DNA from: Chiloscyllium plagiosum
Taxonomy: Eukaryota
Reading direction: 5' to 3'
Length of the DNA stretch: 64,000 nt
NCBI RefSeq assembly: GCF_004010195.1
Contig: NC_057755.1
Location: 6,369,474 to 6,433,473 of the forward strand
Part shown: piece by piece, positions 50,959-63,779 of the stretch
Layout of the letters: the number at the start of each line of letters is the position of its first letter
How positions within the stretch are numbered: the stretch's first letter is position 1
Position numbers and translations under genes: made by a program
Notes under the pieces: generated by a model
Databases searched by the model: none
Told to the model about the DNA's origin: nothing
What the model saw: only the letters and a program-made list of their open reading frames with translations

Positions 50959-52549
50959 ACATCTTCATCATTTGTGATCTCTTGTGGATAAGGATGACCC
51001 TCTTCCACTCTCAGGGTGAGTCTGAAGCTGGCTGAGCAGACCGATGCAGCTACTGAAAGTTGAGTTAAACTTGGGGTAGATGGTGGTAGACACAGGTGGG
51101 GGCTTTGGGCGTTGGTGTGGCAACATGCTCCTTTACTTTTTTTCTTCGCCTGGCTTCTGCCATTTTTCAACAAGTCATGAGGTGCTCAGCGTCTTTGCAG
51201 ACACTCCTCCTTCACTTTGGACAGTCTTGTGCCAGCGATTTCGAGGTGTTTGTGGGAATGTTGTACTTCGCCAGTGAGACCTTGTGGGTATCCCTGAAGT
51301 GTTCCTCTGTCCATCGGGGGCTTGCCTGCCTTTTTGCAACTGGGAGTAGAGTACCCACGCGGGAGTCTTCTGTCATTTCTGTGGACAACATTCCCATTCC
51401 ATCATACACTATCAAGGGGATCAGTGACTCGATGCTGGGGATGTTGCCTTGGTGGAAGAAGCTGATGTTGGTATATCTTTCTTTCTAACGGATATGCAGA
51501 ATCTTGGGTAGACATTGTTGGTGATACTGTCCAACGCCTTGAGGTGTCTCCTGTAGACAGACCATATTTCATAGGAGGATGGAATCTACCACAGTTGTAA
51601 AACATGGACTTGGTCTCAGATCTGATGTTGATTGTCTCGAGCACTCATTTCCTCAGGTGGCCATGCACTGCACTTGCACGTTGGAGCCTGTGCTCGATCT
51701 CGGAATCAACAGTTGCTTTGAGCTACTGGCGATTTCGGAAGTAGTCAACGTCTCTAAGACCTCCCTGTTGACGTTGAAGTTCGAGTATTTGCATCATAAT
51801 GCCAGGTCTGGTTGGTATGGCACCTTCGTCCTACAGATGTTCAGCGTGCGACCCATCATTTCATGTGCCTCTGTGAAGTTGCTGATGCTGGTCTGGAGTA
51901 CATCCTCTGAGATTGTACACATGCAATTATCATTTGCGTTCTGCAGCTCGATGGTATTGGTTCAGTTAACTTTGGCTTTGGCTTGGAGGCGGCAGATATT
52001 AAATAATTTCCTGCTTGTTCTGGAGAGGAGCTTCACTGCATTGAATACAACCTCAACACACTGCACGTCACGAGCTCACCAATATCCTAGCCCTCAATGA
52101 AGCAGAGTGTAAGGACACCAACGTAAGGACAGTGTTTTCTCCCTGTTGTCAATCACTAACGTCCTGCTCAGCATCTCCTCCCTGTCAGCGAGGAAAATCT
52201 CCCAGAGTTGCAGTGCGGCTTTTGGCCATGGGGTTTCACAACGAACAAGATTTTCACCACACGACAGCTACAGGAGAAATTCATAGCCAATCTCTGTACA
52301 TGGCCTCCTTCAACTTTTAGAAGGCTTTTGACACCGTCAATGTGGAAGCATTATGGAGTATTCTTCGCCAGATTAATTAAACCATTGTCATCATCCTGCT
52401 CCACGATAAAATGGAAGTGGTGGTAATGACAAATAGCTCCACCACCGAACCATTCCCCGTTCGGTTCATTGTCAAGCAGGGCTGTGTCTTTGCCCCATCA
52501 TTGCTCTAGATTTACCTTGCTGTAATGCTTCACCTCACCGCCGACAATC
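50959..52549 (-). mobile_element. RTE-clade LINE with inverted 5' segment
   Basis: - strand: RTSRKLFN.. through HFRDTHKVSLAKYNIPTNTSKSLAQDCPK, ending in a GAT-rich tail. + strand 52150-52549, across frameshifts: LPELQCGF..IFTTRQLQEK..KAFDTVN..VKQGCVFAP..YLAVMLHLT. Confidence 0.85.
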
Positions 52550-53630
52550 TCATCTGCTATCCTGCACCAATTAAACTCTGAACACATCCCCAACAGACTA
52601 CACGCCACGAGCTGAGCAACATCCTAGCTTTGAATTAAGTTGAGAAGGTGTTGCAGCAACTTTAGAGGATCAACCCCGCTGGTGGTAAGGGGATGTTCAG
52701 AACGAAAACAGAGCCTTGTTTAAAGAGGGCTCTGAAGTGCTCCACTGGCATTTTCTGAAGGCTTCGTGGTGTTTGTCACCGTGCATTTGAGCGATTGTGG
52801 GGTGGGAATTGGGTGTTAATCCATCAGTGGTACTGATCGCACATATGAAACCCTGTATGTCATGATTGTCGGCCGTTAACTAGGCCTCCAATGCTTTCTA
52901 CACCAAACACCTGTTTCTTATGTCACAGGTTTGTTGTTGGAACTTTACCTTCAGTCAACTGCCGGTCCATCTTTTCTCTTCCAAGTGCAGTTGTTGTCTT
53001 ACACTCAGAAATGCCACGTGCCTCTGACTTGTTAGTTGATGGATATTCTGATCATCCTTACACACAGACGTTCTCACGTTTTCACGTTCTTCGTTTTTAA
53101 CTGACCCCCACAAAGCATTTGGTAAGCATGAACTCATCTCACCCCACGCACCAAATCCACATTCTTTCTTATTTTTTATCCGGTTATTTTCAGAGTAGGC
53201 TTGCTGAAAGCAGAACGTTCATCAGTTGCAGCTCAACGCTAGGTAGAGTGCCACAAAATATTTAGAATTATTTTCATATCTTGGCATCTTCCCACAAGTT
53301 TCCTTCTTCGCCTCTGATAGGTCCCCACTGCTTACTTAGCTATCCTTTTTGCTGAAGTAACATTTTGCTCTTTATATAGAGGTAACAACTTCGAGTTTTC
53401 CGTACTCGTACTTGACCATTTTTTATTGCCCTATATTTGATTTCTTTAATTCTTTTTTACCTGATCTCTGCCGATGGGATTTCCCTGGCTGCTCTGAAAG
53501 ATTGCGGTCATCCATATGTTGATTTGCATCAGTGTTAATTCTGCCCAGAGACAAGAACAGAAATGGCAAACTAAAGCTGGCCAGAGCGCTAAGTCAGCGT
53601 CACTCAAAGCGAAACGTTAATTCGGATTTC

Positions 53631-54075
53631 ACAGCATAGTGGCTCTGTGGTTAGCACTGCTGCCTCATAGCAACAGGGACCAAGGTTTGCTCCCAGCCTT
53701 GGGTGACTCTCTGTGCGGAGTTTGCACATTCTCCCTAAGTCTACGTGGCTTGCCTCTAGATGCTCCGGTTCCTCCCACAGTCCAAAGATGTGCAGGTTAT
53801 GGTGAATTGGACATGCTGAATTGTCCCATAGCGTCCAGGGGTGTGCAGGTTAGGGTAAATTGTCATGCTAAATTGTCCATTGTGTCCAGGGGTGTGCAGG
53901 TTAGGGTTTATTGGCCATGCTAAATTGTCCACAGTGTTCAAGGGTGTACAGGTTAGCTGCATTAGTTAGGGGGATATGCACAGTAAAAGGGTAAGGGAAT
54001 GGGATACTCTTTCGAGGGTCAGTGTGGAGTTGTTGTGCCGAATGGCCTGTTTCCATGCTATAGGAATTCTATGAT
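53631..54075 (+). mobile_element. HE1-type V-SINE with internal triplication
   Basis: Head and core motifs present; gtgcaggtta..gccatgctaaattgtcc..gtccagggg repeated about three times. Confidence 0.9.
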
Positions 54076-54416
54076 ATTGTGCTGACAGGCCTGCTTACAA
54101 TTTTGCAGCAATTTCTGTTTTTGTTTCCGTTACAGCATTCTGAGCTCTTTGGCCTTTTATCCAGTCGGTCCAGTATGTTTATGTCACTCATACTAGAGTT
54201 CTACACTGTCAAATACATACTGCGGAAGAAATTCAAACATATCAACGAGTGTTATAGAGGCACTAACAAAAACGGATTTGAAATCATCCCATTTCTTGCT
54301 TCTGGGCAAATCTGTTAATTGAAACTTCAATAGTACCAGCCTTAACCGCATTGTCCATTCATTGTTTCAGAATTGTAGATTCGGCAACGGCATGAAGAAT
54401 TCGGATTTAAAACCAT

Positions 54417-54488
54417 TGCCTTAAGATGGACTTGAACTGTGGATGCTGAGAATTAAAGGGCGGTATTCCACTGACTGATCTGTCCACG
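54417..54488 (-). pseudogene. tRNA-Lys pseudogene
   Basis: tgccttaagatggacttgaactgtggatgctgagaattaaagggcggtattccactgactgatctgtcc, in unit context. Confidence 0.65.
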
Positions 54489-54995
54489 TTACTCCGTTAG
54501 AGAGAGCAGTGACACTTACTGGCATAGAGAGTAGTGCAGGGATTCCCTTTTATCTTGACGCATTTGTCACATACACGAGCTTTCCCAAAACTATCTTCAA
54601 ACTCCATAATGCTTTCACAATTGCATTTCACGGGACGAATACACCTCCCATTCTGCACCAGTTATATACTCTACCGTGGCTTCTTTGTGTCCAGTTGTAT
54701 TGAAGTTTGGTTAATGAGAGCGAAAAAAATTATCGGTTTCATGGCAACTTATCCAAACGTGCAGACAACAAGACAGACCGAAGTTCCTGGTAAAACTCAA
54801 GAGCTCTGCCAGCATCTGCAGGAAGAAAGCACGGTTAAAGTTTGGAGACCAGCGAGCCTTCTTCCATGATCAGAACTTGGTATTAACAGCAAGCTGTTTT
54901 TTTTTTTAAATGCCATTTTCCAAAGCACTGCAACCAGAATGTGTTAAGCAAAACTTAGTCACCGATGGGCAATGGCTACTTGTTACACATGCGTT

Positions 54996-55068
54996 GGTTC
55001 CCCAATGTATTGGCTGTCAAGTCTTATTTACACGAAGAAGGTCCTTGGTTCTATGCCAAGTGGAACAA
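54996..55068 (+). pseudogene. tRNA-Val(UAC) pseudogene
   Basis: Ungapped 57/73 by my count; includes tttacacgaagaaggtcct. Confidence 0.85.
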
Positions 55069-55229
55069 TTGCATTTTGGTTCATGTGCATTTAAAATGAA
55101 TTGGGAAATTGTGGTCATTTGCATGTTGCATTTCAAACGTTGTCTACGAATAAAACGCGCTGATTCAAAAGAAAAATGTGATGTATTATTCAGCGTGCGG
55201 TTTTCTTCTCAATTTCTTGATCAATGGGG

Positions 55230-55675
55230 CAGTGAGTGAAAAGTGTTGATGCAGTTGCATGATGTTTTCGTTCGGCCACTTCTGGACTTTTGTATGCAGG
55301 TTTGCTCAACACACCACAGGAAAGATTTTCAGGTTTTGGAGAGCGTGCAACAGATGTTTACTAAAATGTTATCCACGGTAGTGTAGATTAGCTATAAGGA
55401 GGGGGAGGACAAACTCGGATTGTTTCCGCCAGTTGTTTGGAGGCTGAGGGTGACCTGATATAAGTTTATGCTCTGGTGAGGTGGATATTCGGTGTCTCTT
55501 TCCCCAGGTTAGAAATGTACAATGTGAATGGGCATCGGTTTAAGGTGAGAGTGGAAAATTTAAGAGATGTACAAGGCAAGTTGTATACACAGAGGATGGT
55601 AGGTGCATGGGATGAATTCCCATGGGAGATGGTATAAGCGAATGCAACTGCAGTGCTTAAGAGTCATTTAAACAG
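55230..55675 (+). mobile_element. CR1 fragment within the array, duplicated at 59660-60140
   Basis: ggaggctgagggtgacctgatataagtt..; both copies end in ttaaacagacctctt/tagacagacctctt and share downstream flank. Confidence 0.75.
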
Positions 55676-56353
55676 ACCTCTTCTTTAAACAGCACCAGGG
55701 TTATCTCTACACCCGAAGGACTTCTACTTTTGACACAACAACCCGTTTGAATCTAAAATGCAAGGGGTCATTCGATTCATTAAAATGATTTGAGAATTAC
55801 TGCAAAGATAAATATTTGTTCTCCACCTTCCATTGCATTGGGTAAGATCATGAAGAAGTACACTCTAGTACACAACTGATTTTTTTGCTCACCAATTTAC
55901 TGGACAGTTACTTGCATTTAAACCACCATTTTACCAGCGACCATCAGATCTGAGGAAGGGTCACTGGACGCGAAACGTTGACTCTGATTTCTCTCACAGA
56001 TGGTGCTAGAAATACTAAGCATTTCTGATTCCAGCACCCATAGTTTTTTCAGCTTTTACCTGCTTGTTCACCGTGTTTCTGTTACACAATCATGTCCACA
56101 CATTGCTCCCACATCAATCACAAACACGACCCTTCTATGCTGCCAAATAAATACTACAGGAGGAATTTAAAGATAATAACGAATGTTATGTTGGCAGTAA
56201 TACAAATGCGTTCGAAATCATTCTGTTTGCTGTTTCCATGAAATACTGTTTAATTTTTTGAGAATTCAAGGAATAGCCTTAAATGCGTCATTCATTGATT
56301 CTTTCGAAACAAGGAAGTCGACAAAGGCATGGAGAACTCCGATTTACAATCAG

Positions 56354-56424
56354 CGCCCGGATCGCATTTTGAACCATGCACTTTTGATTAAAGGTCTGAT
56401 GCTCTACCGACTCCCGATCCTCGC
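56354..56424 (-). pseudogene. tRNA-Lys(UUU) pseudogene
   Basis: cgcccggatc...ttgaacc...gattaaaggtctgatgctctaccgact...atcc; long near-exact stretch gattaaaggtctgatgctctaccgact. Confidence 0.85.
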
Positions 56425-56453
56425 TCGCTTCCCCATTGACACTCACTTGCAAT

Positions 56454-57151
56454 TGCTATGACACAGGGTAAACCCCTCTGCTAATTCAAACCCCGACGCA
56501 CAGAAAAGATTCAGCTCATGCTGTAATCTCTGAAAATTCGAGAGGCAAAGAATTATCCCAAAAGTCACTATTTAAAGTAAAAGTTAACAACTTTTTAAAA
56601 AGTCTAATAGAGAATAATTAACTAACAACTATTTTAAACGCATTTATCCAAAACTCTTTTTTTTTGCCTTTGCCTCTCCAATACTGGTCTGATTAAACTG
56701 CCGATTAAGATTTAAAGAAAAATATAGCCTTCAAAACCAGCCAGCTATTGAATCCTGTCCTGGTATCGTCCAGTGTAGATTTGCTCTCCAGTTCGATGCT
56801 GAAATGTTTTACTGTGCAAACTCCTTCTCCAGAGAGCCACCTCTCAGAAAGTTCTTGGTAACAGCCTACATCTGTTGGCGTTTTAGCAGTTCTCCTCCAA
56901 CTATTCAATGTTTCCCGGTCTTATACCGTAAAAGCATCGGATCGTTTCATTTGTGTTAATATTGGCAAAATAGCAAATTCAAATTTGATTGGTGGTTAGT
57001 ATATTGGGGCATAATTTAAACTGACTGGCCAAATTTGAAAGTGCGTTTGGTTTCATAGAAAATGTTACATTGTAAATTCTCCAGCACTCTGCGTGCTTGT
57101 TAAGACCTTCAGCTCTCTTAAAGGTATAGTACCCCTTACACCTTCATGACA
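56454..57151 (-). mobile_element. Solo LTR (Gypsy-like) with 4-bp target-site duplication
   Basis: TG...CA ends (tgctatg...catgaca); CAAT on both sides (56450-56453, 57152-57155); termini match the 4342-5028 element in reverse. Confidence 0.8.
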
Positions 57152-58199
57152 CAATAGACAATATTGCAGTGATTTCCTATTATAATGATGGGCTTGTCAA
57201 ACACACTTTCTTTCGGACTACTGTCCCGACCACCGCAATGCATTCACAATTGCATTTCACTGGCACCAACTCATGCCCCATCCTGCATCAATTTTTAACT
57301 TTATCATGTTTTCGTGTGCACGGTTGTGTGTAAGGCTGTTTACTGAAAGTAAAAAAAAAATCATTTTCATCTCAGTTCATCTAAATACAAAGACAACAAG
57401 GCTTTGCTGTCTTCGTGTCTTTTTCCGATGTGTTTCTAATTCTGCATATTTCGATGTCTAAAATTCAATGTGTTGAGTCCCAACATTTGCTCAAACGAAA
57501 TTCCTGAATACTGGGGATCATTGTTGGGAAAGAATACAAAACGCTGTCAAAACCTCCCCAGACGCTGTACCAACTGTCCAGACGCTGTAAACCCGCGCCC
57601 CACATCCCCACCTTATTGTCAGCCACCAACATTTTCCATTAACAGCTATTGTCTCTCTTAAACAGTTCGTTATCCATTCATTTGCAATAAAACTGATCTT
57701 TTCTCTTTTTAGAATCCATACCCACCTATCGTTTACATCTTATCCCCTCCTCCCACCCTGTATTCAGCATGCGAACCGCCATTTTCAGAGCTATCATCAA
57801 TTCTGAGGTGGGGGTACCGCACGTGAAACGTTAACTGTGGTTTCTCTTCCCAGATGATGCCAGACATGTTGAGATTTTTCCAGCAATTTCTGTGTTTGTT
57901 TCCACCCACTGCTTTTATCTACTCTGTCCAGTATGTTTCTGTCACACAATTTTCACACACTGCTTCATTTCAACCACAAACACTTCTCCCCGGCCAAATA
58001 AATACTACAGAAGTAATTGAAAGACATTAACGACTATTATGTAGTCACTAATACATATGGGTATGAAATTATTACGTTTCTTTTTTTCTGGGCAATTCTG
58101 TATCCGAAAACTTTAAAGGTGTCTGACTTAAATGCATCATCTATTGGTTGATTGGAACCTGAAAATGGATCATGGCATGTTGCACGATTAATGGTTTGA

Positions 58200-58260
58200 G
58201 CCCAGTGAGGCTTGAATAGAAATAAGACCTTCGTATTCACAAGTTGATGTCGAACAAATT
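58200..58260 (-). pseudogene. Eroded tRNA-Lys remnant
   Basis: gcccagtgaggcttgaa...gaccttcgtattcacaagttgatg, at the expected unit position. Confidence 0.4.
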
Positions 58261-58342
58261 CTATTTTCCAAACGGCTGCAATGAAAACGTTTCAAGCAAA
58301 TGCATTCTCCGATGGTTCATGGGCACTCCCCCACTGTGGGGT

Positions 58343-58381
58343 GGTTCCATCGAGTAGTTGTGTATCACGTCCGATTTACAT
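58343..58381 (+). pseudogene. tRNA-Val(UAC) 5' half
   Basis: ggttccatcgagtagttgtgtatcacgtccgatttaca, then truncated by another repeat. Confidence 0.65.
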
Positions 58382-59448
58382 TTAGGGTGGAGATGACAGA
58401 TTTTGGGGAGTTTCACAGCGTCTGGACAGGGACAATTATCGTCTGGGGAGTAGTCACAGCTTTTTAGTTTTGTTCTGCATTTTTTCCCAAGAATGATCAC
58501 CAGTATGCAATGATTTCTTATTAGCATAGTTTGGTATTCAACATATTGCAATTTAGAAGAATGAAAGTTGATTTATCATCGAAATGTGCAAAATTATAAA
58601 CACATACCATCAAGATGTTAAGACAGTAGCCAACGACCACTTACATCTCGAAGGACTAGGGCAGGAGATGCATGCAAACATACTAATTGCAAGTGCCACT
58701 ACAAGTCACTCAACATCCTGACTTGGAAATATGTCATCGTTACTTTAGTGTCATTTGGTAATTTTCTGGACTTCCTTCCTTTACAGCGTTGTGGATCGAC
58801 CTACAGCACACGCGCTGCTGCTGCTCAAGAAGGCAACCCACGAACATTTCCTGTAAGGCTATTTTGGATGGGCAATAAATGATAGTCCAGCCAGTTGACA
58901 CCCACGTCCAACACGTGAATACAAATATTCTTAAGTGTCTTAACAGTGTATAAGCTAAGAGGATGGTTCCCCTCGATGGGGAGTCTGGTACCAGCGGGCA
59001 TTGACTCAATAAATGTTATCAGCTTAAGCCTGAGATGACGAGTAACTTCACCTTCAGAGGGTTAAAGAATCTTTGGAACTTCTTGCCACAGAGAGCTGAG
59101 GGGGAAGAGTCATTGTGTACATTTAAAGCTGAGATAGAACGAATTATCAGTCATAGGGAATGAAGGGTTATAGGAAAGTGGATGTGAGAAATGTTCTACC
59201 GGCCGTGAACCAAGTGAATACTGAATGGCCTCCTCACAGTATTACGGTGTTAGAAGAGACTGACAATCTAGCAGGAAGGATTATTCCAAACTCCAAATTT
59301 CGTGCACCTAAGATTGGAGCGGAATGAGAACCAGGTAATCACAACAGCTGATTTCGAAAAAAAATCTATCTTCCAAATGGCTGCAATCAGAATATTTCAA
59401 GCAAACACATTAATCCATGGCTCATGAGACCTTTCCACTTCATGTGTC

Positions 59449-59521
59449 AGTTCTGTAGTGCAATGACTGCCACGTTCGTTTTATGTGCAAAACATTGTGG
59501 GCTTGAATGCCATCAAAATCA
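59449..59521 (+). pseudogene. Eroded tRNA-Val pseudogene
   Basis: agttctgtagtgcaatgactgccacgttcgttttatgtgcaaa...; same 5' flank (ccaaatggctgcaa..aagcaaa) and 3' flank (ttgc..gttgca.ttc..aatgtg..ccaagaatccaac) as the other Val copies. Confidence 0.6.
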
Positions 59522-61486
59522 TTGCATTTCAGGTCACATTATCCGAAGTTATTTGGAAAATGATTATTACTTGCGTGTTGCATTTCCAATGTGTTCCAAG
59601 AATCCAACATGGTGAACCAAAAGAAAAATGTAACATATGACACAGAACGTAATAGTCTTCAAATGGGGCACTGAGTATTAAAGTTAGCTGGTCATGATGC
59701 AGCTCCATGAAGCTTTAGTTAACCCACTTTGGGAGCATAGTGTGCAACTCCGGTGAACAGGCTGCAGGTAGGATCTGGAGGCGTTGGAGAGGATACAGAT
59801 ATATTTACCAGATGTCTGCAGTGGTGCACTTTAGTTGTGCGGAGAGGTAGGGCAAACTCAGATTGTTTTCAACAAAGCGTTAGAGGCTGAGGGACGACCT
59901 GAAAGAAATCTATGCAATGATGTGGGACATTAACAGGGTGAATATTTGGAGTCTCTTTCCAAATGCGAAAACGTAAAATATAAATTGACATTGGTTTAAG
60001 GTGGGTTGGAGGGCGGCGATTATAAACAAGATGTGCAAGGCAAGCTTTTTGCACCAAGGATGGTAGTTGTGTGGATTTCCACTGCCATGTGAGGTGGTAG
60101 AAGTAAATGCGACTGTAATGCTTAACAGACATTTAGACAGACCTCTTTTTTTTAAATAAAAAGCACTAAAGTTATTTATGCACATAATAAACTTCCTTTT
60201 GCCACAATAATGTGGCATGCAATGGGTTTTCCTACTAATTCACAGTATATGAGAATTCCTGCTAAGGTAAATATTTACTTTCCTCCCTCCATTACCTGGG
60301 GATGATCATGAATAAATAAATTCTTGAATACAACTAAGTTTCTTGTTCAACACTTTACAGAACACTTACTTGTTAATCACATTATAATGGCTCTGGTATA
60401 GTTTAGGGTGGTTCAGAGGTACACATTTCCTTCTCTGACGGATGGAACGAAATCAGGTTTTCTTTTGAACCAGTGTAAATCTGAGCATTTCGGAAACACC
60501 AGATTAATTTTGGAATGGAATTTAAATTGTTCAGCTTCCCGTTCATGGAATTCGAATATGATTGGAATTGAATAAACATTTGCCACAGAGGAGGCTTGCA
60601 GCACACTGGAAGGGAATGATCAGGCACAGGGGCAACAATTGGAGAACCCCAACAGAAAGTCAGAATATGGACAAAAATGACCCTTGAGGAGGTAGTGCTG
60701 AGCTGCCTTCTTGAAACACTGCAGATCATGCAATTTTCGTTTATCTATAAAACTGTTCAGGATGGAATTCCATAACTTTTACCCATTGCTGCTAAAGTAC
60801 CGATGGTAGAATTCCAAGTCAGGATGTTGAGTGGCTTAGAGGTTAACTTGCAGTCAGTGGTGATAAATGTATCTCCTACCCTAGTCTTCAAGATACATGC
60901 CATTGTTGGTGACTGACTAACCGTCTTTGTGCTATGTGTTTCTCATTCTGTATGTCTTGATGAGAGACGGTCACTCACTTTTTATCGAAATTCCAAAGTG
61001 TCAAGTCCCAACCTATGCTCACAGGAAATTCCTGCACCCTGGGGATAATTCTTGGGAAAGAATACAAAACAAAACCAAACGCTTTGACCCCTTGTCAGGT
61101 ACTGTGGCACCTGCCAGAAGTTGTGAAAAAACTCAAACGCTGTCAAACCCACACTGTTGAGAAATTCTAACAGCTGTTATCTCTCTCAGCTAAATCACTA
61201 TCCACTCCTTTGTCGGTACAACTATTCTTTTGTCTCTTTGGGCTCTATCTCAACCTTTCGTAGACTCCTTATACCCTTCTCCAACGCTATGCACTCTATA
61301 TACACCAAGAATTTGCTATCTAAGATTAGTTATAAGGAAATGTCACCCAATGCGAAGCATTAGCACTGATTTCTCTCACAGATGGTACCACAGCTGCCCA
61401 GCTTTTCCAGCAATTTCTAACTTTGATTCTGATTGCCTGCATCCGCTTTTCTTTCGGTTTTTATCTCCTCTGTCTACATTAGAAAT

Positions 61487-62200
61487 GATGCACTTAATGG
61501 TAAAATGCTGGGTAGTGTTGCTCAACAAAGGTACCTTGCAGTGCAGGTTTCTTGCTCGTTGAATGTAGAGTCGCAGGTAGATAGGATAGTCAAGAAGGCG
61601 TTTGGTATATTGCCGTTTACTGTTCAGAGCATTGAGTATAGTAGTTGGGAGTTCATGTTGCAGCTGGACATGATATTGATTAGGCCACTTTTGCAATGTT
61701 TTGTGCAATTCACAGTTCCCTTCTGTCAGAAGAATGGAATGAAAGTTGAAAGGGCTCAGAAAAGATTTCCAAGAATGTCCCGTGGGTTCGAGGTTTTTAA
61801 CTGTTTTCTCTGGAGTGTCAGAAACTGAGGGGTGACCTGACAAAGGTTTATAAAATCATGAGGGGCTTGGATATGGTAAATAGATAAGGTATTTTTCCTG
61901 GGGTGGGGGAGTCCAGAACTAAAAGACATAAATTTAGGTGAAAGGGGAAAGATTAAAAGGGCTTTTTTTTCACACAAAAGATGGTACATTTATGAGAATG
62001 AGCTGCCAGAGCTACTGTTGGAGCCTGGTTCAATTACAATATTTAAAACGCATTGGATGAGTGCATGGATAGGAAGGGTTTAGACGGATACAGTCCACGT
62101 GCTGGCAAATGGGACGAGATTAATTTATGATACCTGGTCAGCATGAACGAGTTGGACCAAATGGTATGTTTCCATCCTGTACAAACCTGTGAACTCATGA
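61487..62200 (+). mobile_element. CR1 LINE 3' fragment
   Basis: ORF 61433: LNGKMLGSVAQQRYLAVQV..VDRIVKKAFG..ERAQKRFPRM. Confidence 0.9.
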
Positions 62201-62254
62201 CTCCTACAAATTGCTGCACACAGCACATTAATACTTCAGCACATATTTCCCTCA

Positions 62255-62390
62255 GCATTCCTGATGAAGAGCTTTTGCCTGAAAAGTCGATTTTCCTGCT
62301 CCTCGGATGCTGCCTGACCTGCTGTGCTTTTCCAGCACCACTCTAATCCTAACTCTAATCTCCAGCATCAGCAGTACCCACCTCCGCCAC
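62255..62390 (+). mobile_element. Penelope-derived hammerhead element (other remnants near 5200, 7130-7350, 16910, 32500, 42060, 55947, 57800, 62630)
   Basis: ttcctgatgaagagcttttgcctgaaaagtcgattttcctgctcctcggatgctgcc. Confidence 0.75.
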
Positions 62391-63033
62391 ATAAATGTTT
62401 TAGCTGGAACGACCATTATCTTGCTTTTCTTAAGACTGGGAAATTTTAAAGGGATTTGAATATACAACCTGTACCAGTACCGAATCAAGGACACTCAGTG
62501 GTGAGTCAAGAAGTACGGACTTTCTCTCGTAGATCTGAAAGATTCACATTTTGACCTTCATCAGTGTCTAATCTATTGGGAAACGAGAAAACAAATTCCG
62601 AGGAAATCCACCTAAAACTCTGCAGAAAGACGAACTCGACCCGAAAGGGTAATTGATTTCTCTCCACAGATGCTACTAGAACTACTCAGCTTTTCCAGCG
62701 ATTCCTGATGTTGGTTCTGATTGTCAGAATCCGCAATCCTTTCGGCTTTTATCTACTCTATCCAGTGTGATTCTGTAACACAGCCATTTCCACACACTCT
62801 CCACAGTCACAGCTCAAATATGACACAGCAACTCTCCCAAATAAATGCTGCGGAAGGAATTGAAGCATTTTAACCTGTGGAATTGTTATGTGGATGGTAC
62901 TGAGAATGAGTTCGAATTCAGCTAGTCTGCTGGTTTTGGAATTTCGTCTTTCTAGAGTTGAAGCAAATCAGGTTTAACCATTTCACGCATTGATTGTTTG
63001 GACAAAGGACAGAGAACTCCCGTTTAAAAGCAG

Positions 63034-63106
63034 TGCCCAAATCGGGACATGAACTCGGGTCCCGACGATTAAATGTTGCCTTTTCAACAAACTGAGCTAT
63101 CCAAAC
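63034..63106 (-). pseudogene. tRNA-Lys(UUU) pseudogene
   Basis: tgcccaaatcgggacatgaactcgggtcccgacgattaaatg...actgagctatcc; 73-nt span with tttaaaagcag flank. Confidence 0.8.
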
Positions 63107-63779
63107 TCACTTCGGCTGACTTATCCAGTGACACACACTGTTGAACAGAGAATATTGCATTGATTTATATTTATTTTTATGGGTTTGTTGCACACATTTC
63201 CTTTTTCACTGCTTACTCTTACTGAAACAATGCATTCCCAATCGTATTTCACCGTCACCAACACATCTCCAATCCTTCACCGATTTCACACTCTCTCGTC
63301 ATTTACTTTCCGTGCAGTTGGCTTGCACGTTGCTACCTGAATCAAAAAATAATTCATCACTTCCAGCTCAAGTCTTCCAAACGCATTCACAACAAGAACC
63401 ACACTCTGGCAGCAAATGTTCAGAGAAAACACGGTTAATGCTTCCAGTCCAGTGAGACTTCGTCACAAATCACAACTTGCAATCCACAACAAGCTGCTCT
63501 CGACAAAAAAAAACTCTATCTTCCAAATGTCTGCAACAGAACGTCTCAAGCAAAACACATAACATGTAATCGCAGCTGTTGGACTGCGCTGGGCAAAGTC
63601 AAAAAGAACATCACGCTGGGTTTAGTGTCCAGCAGGTTTATTTGAACCCACAGGAAGGACAGCGAGAGAACTGAAGAAGGAATAAGGCTCTGAAAGCCTC
63701 TGGTTTCAAATCGAGTAAAGCACAGGCACCGGCGTTCCACGGGTTTGCACGACAAAACAGAACTGCAGATGCTGGAATC

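Larger units (their letters stand above)
40050..63750. repeat. Degenerate tandem array of tRNA-Lys/tRNA-Val-containing units (about 1-2 kb sub-units in about 3-4 kb higher-order repeats), interrupted by transposons
   Basis: A block resembling gaatattgcatt...ttccacaatgcgttcacaattgcatttca...catctcccatcctgcaccaattacac...gcttactgaaagcaaaa...atcagtttcagctc recurs near 40270, 41420, 42580, 43840, 44265, 45400, 46420, 47045, 48400, 50045, 50920/52550, 53100, 54530, 57160 and 63150. It usually follows directly after a reverse-complement tRNA-Lys-like sequence. Confidence 0.9.

Noticed and set aside
40050..63750. Functional tRNA genes, or a CRISPR-like array
   Set aside because: All tRNA copies have broken stems or promoter boxes. 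Units are kb-scale and diverged, with no short identical repeats, unique spacers or cas genes, and the sequence is eukaryotic.
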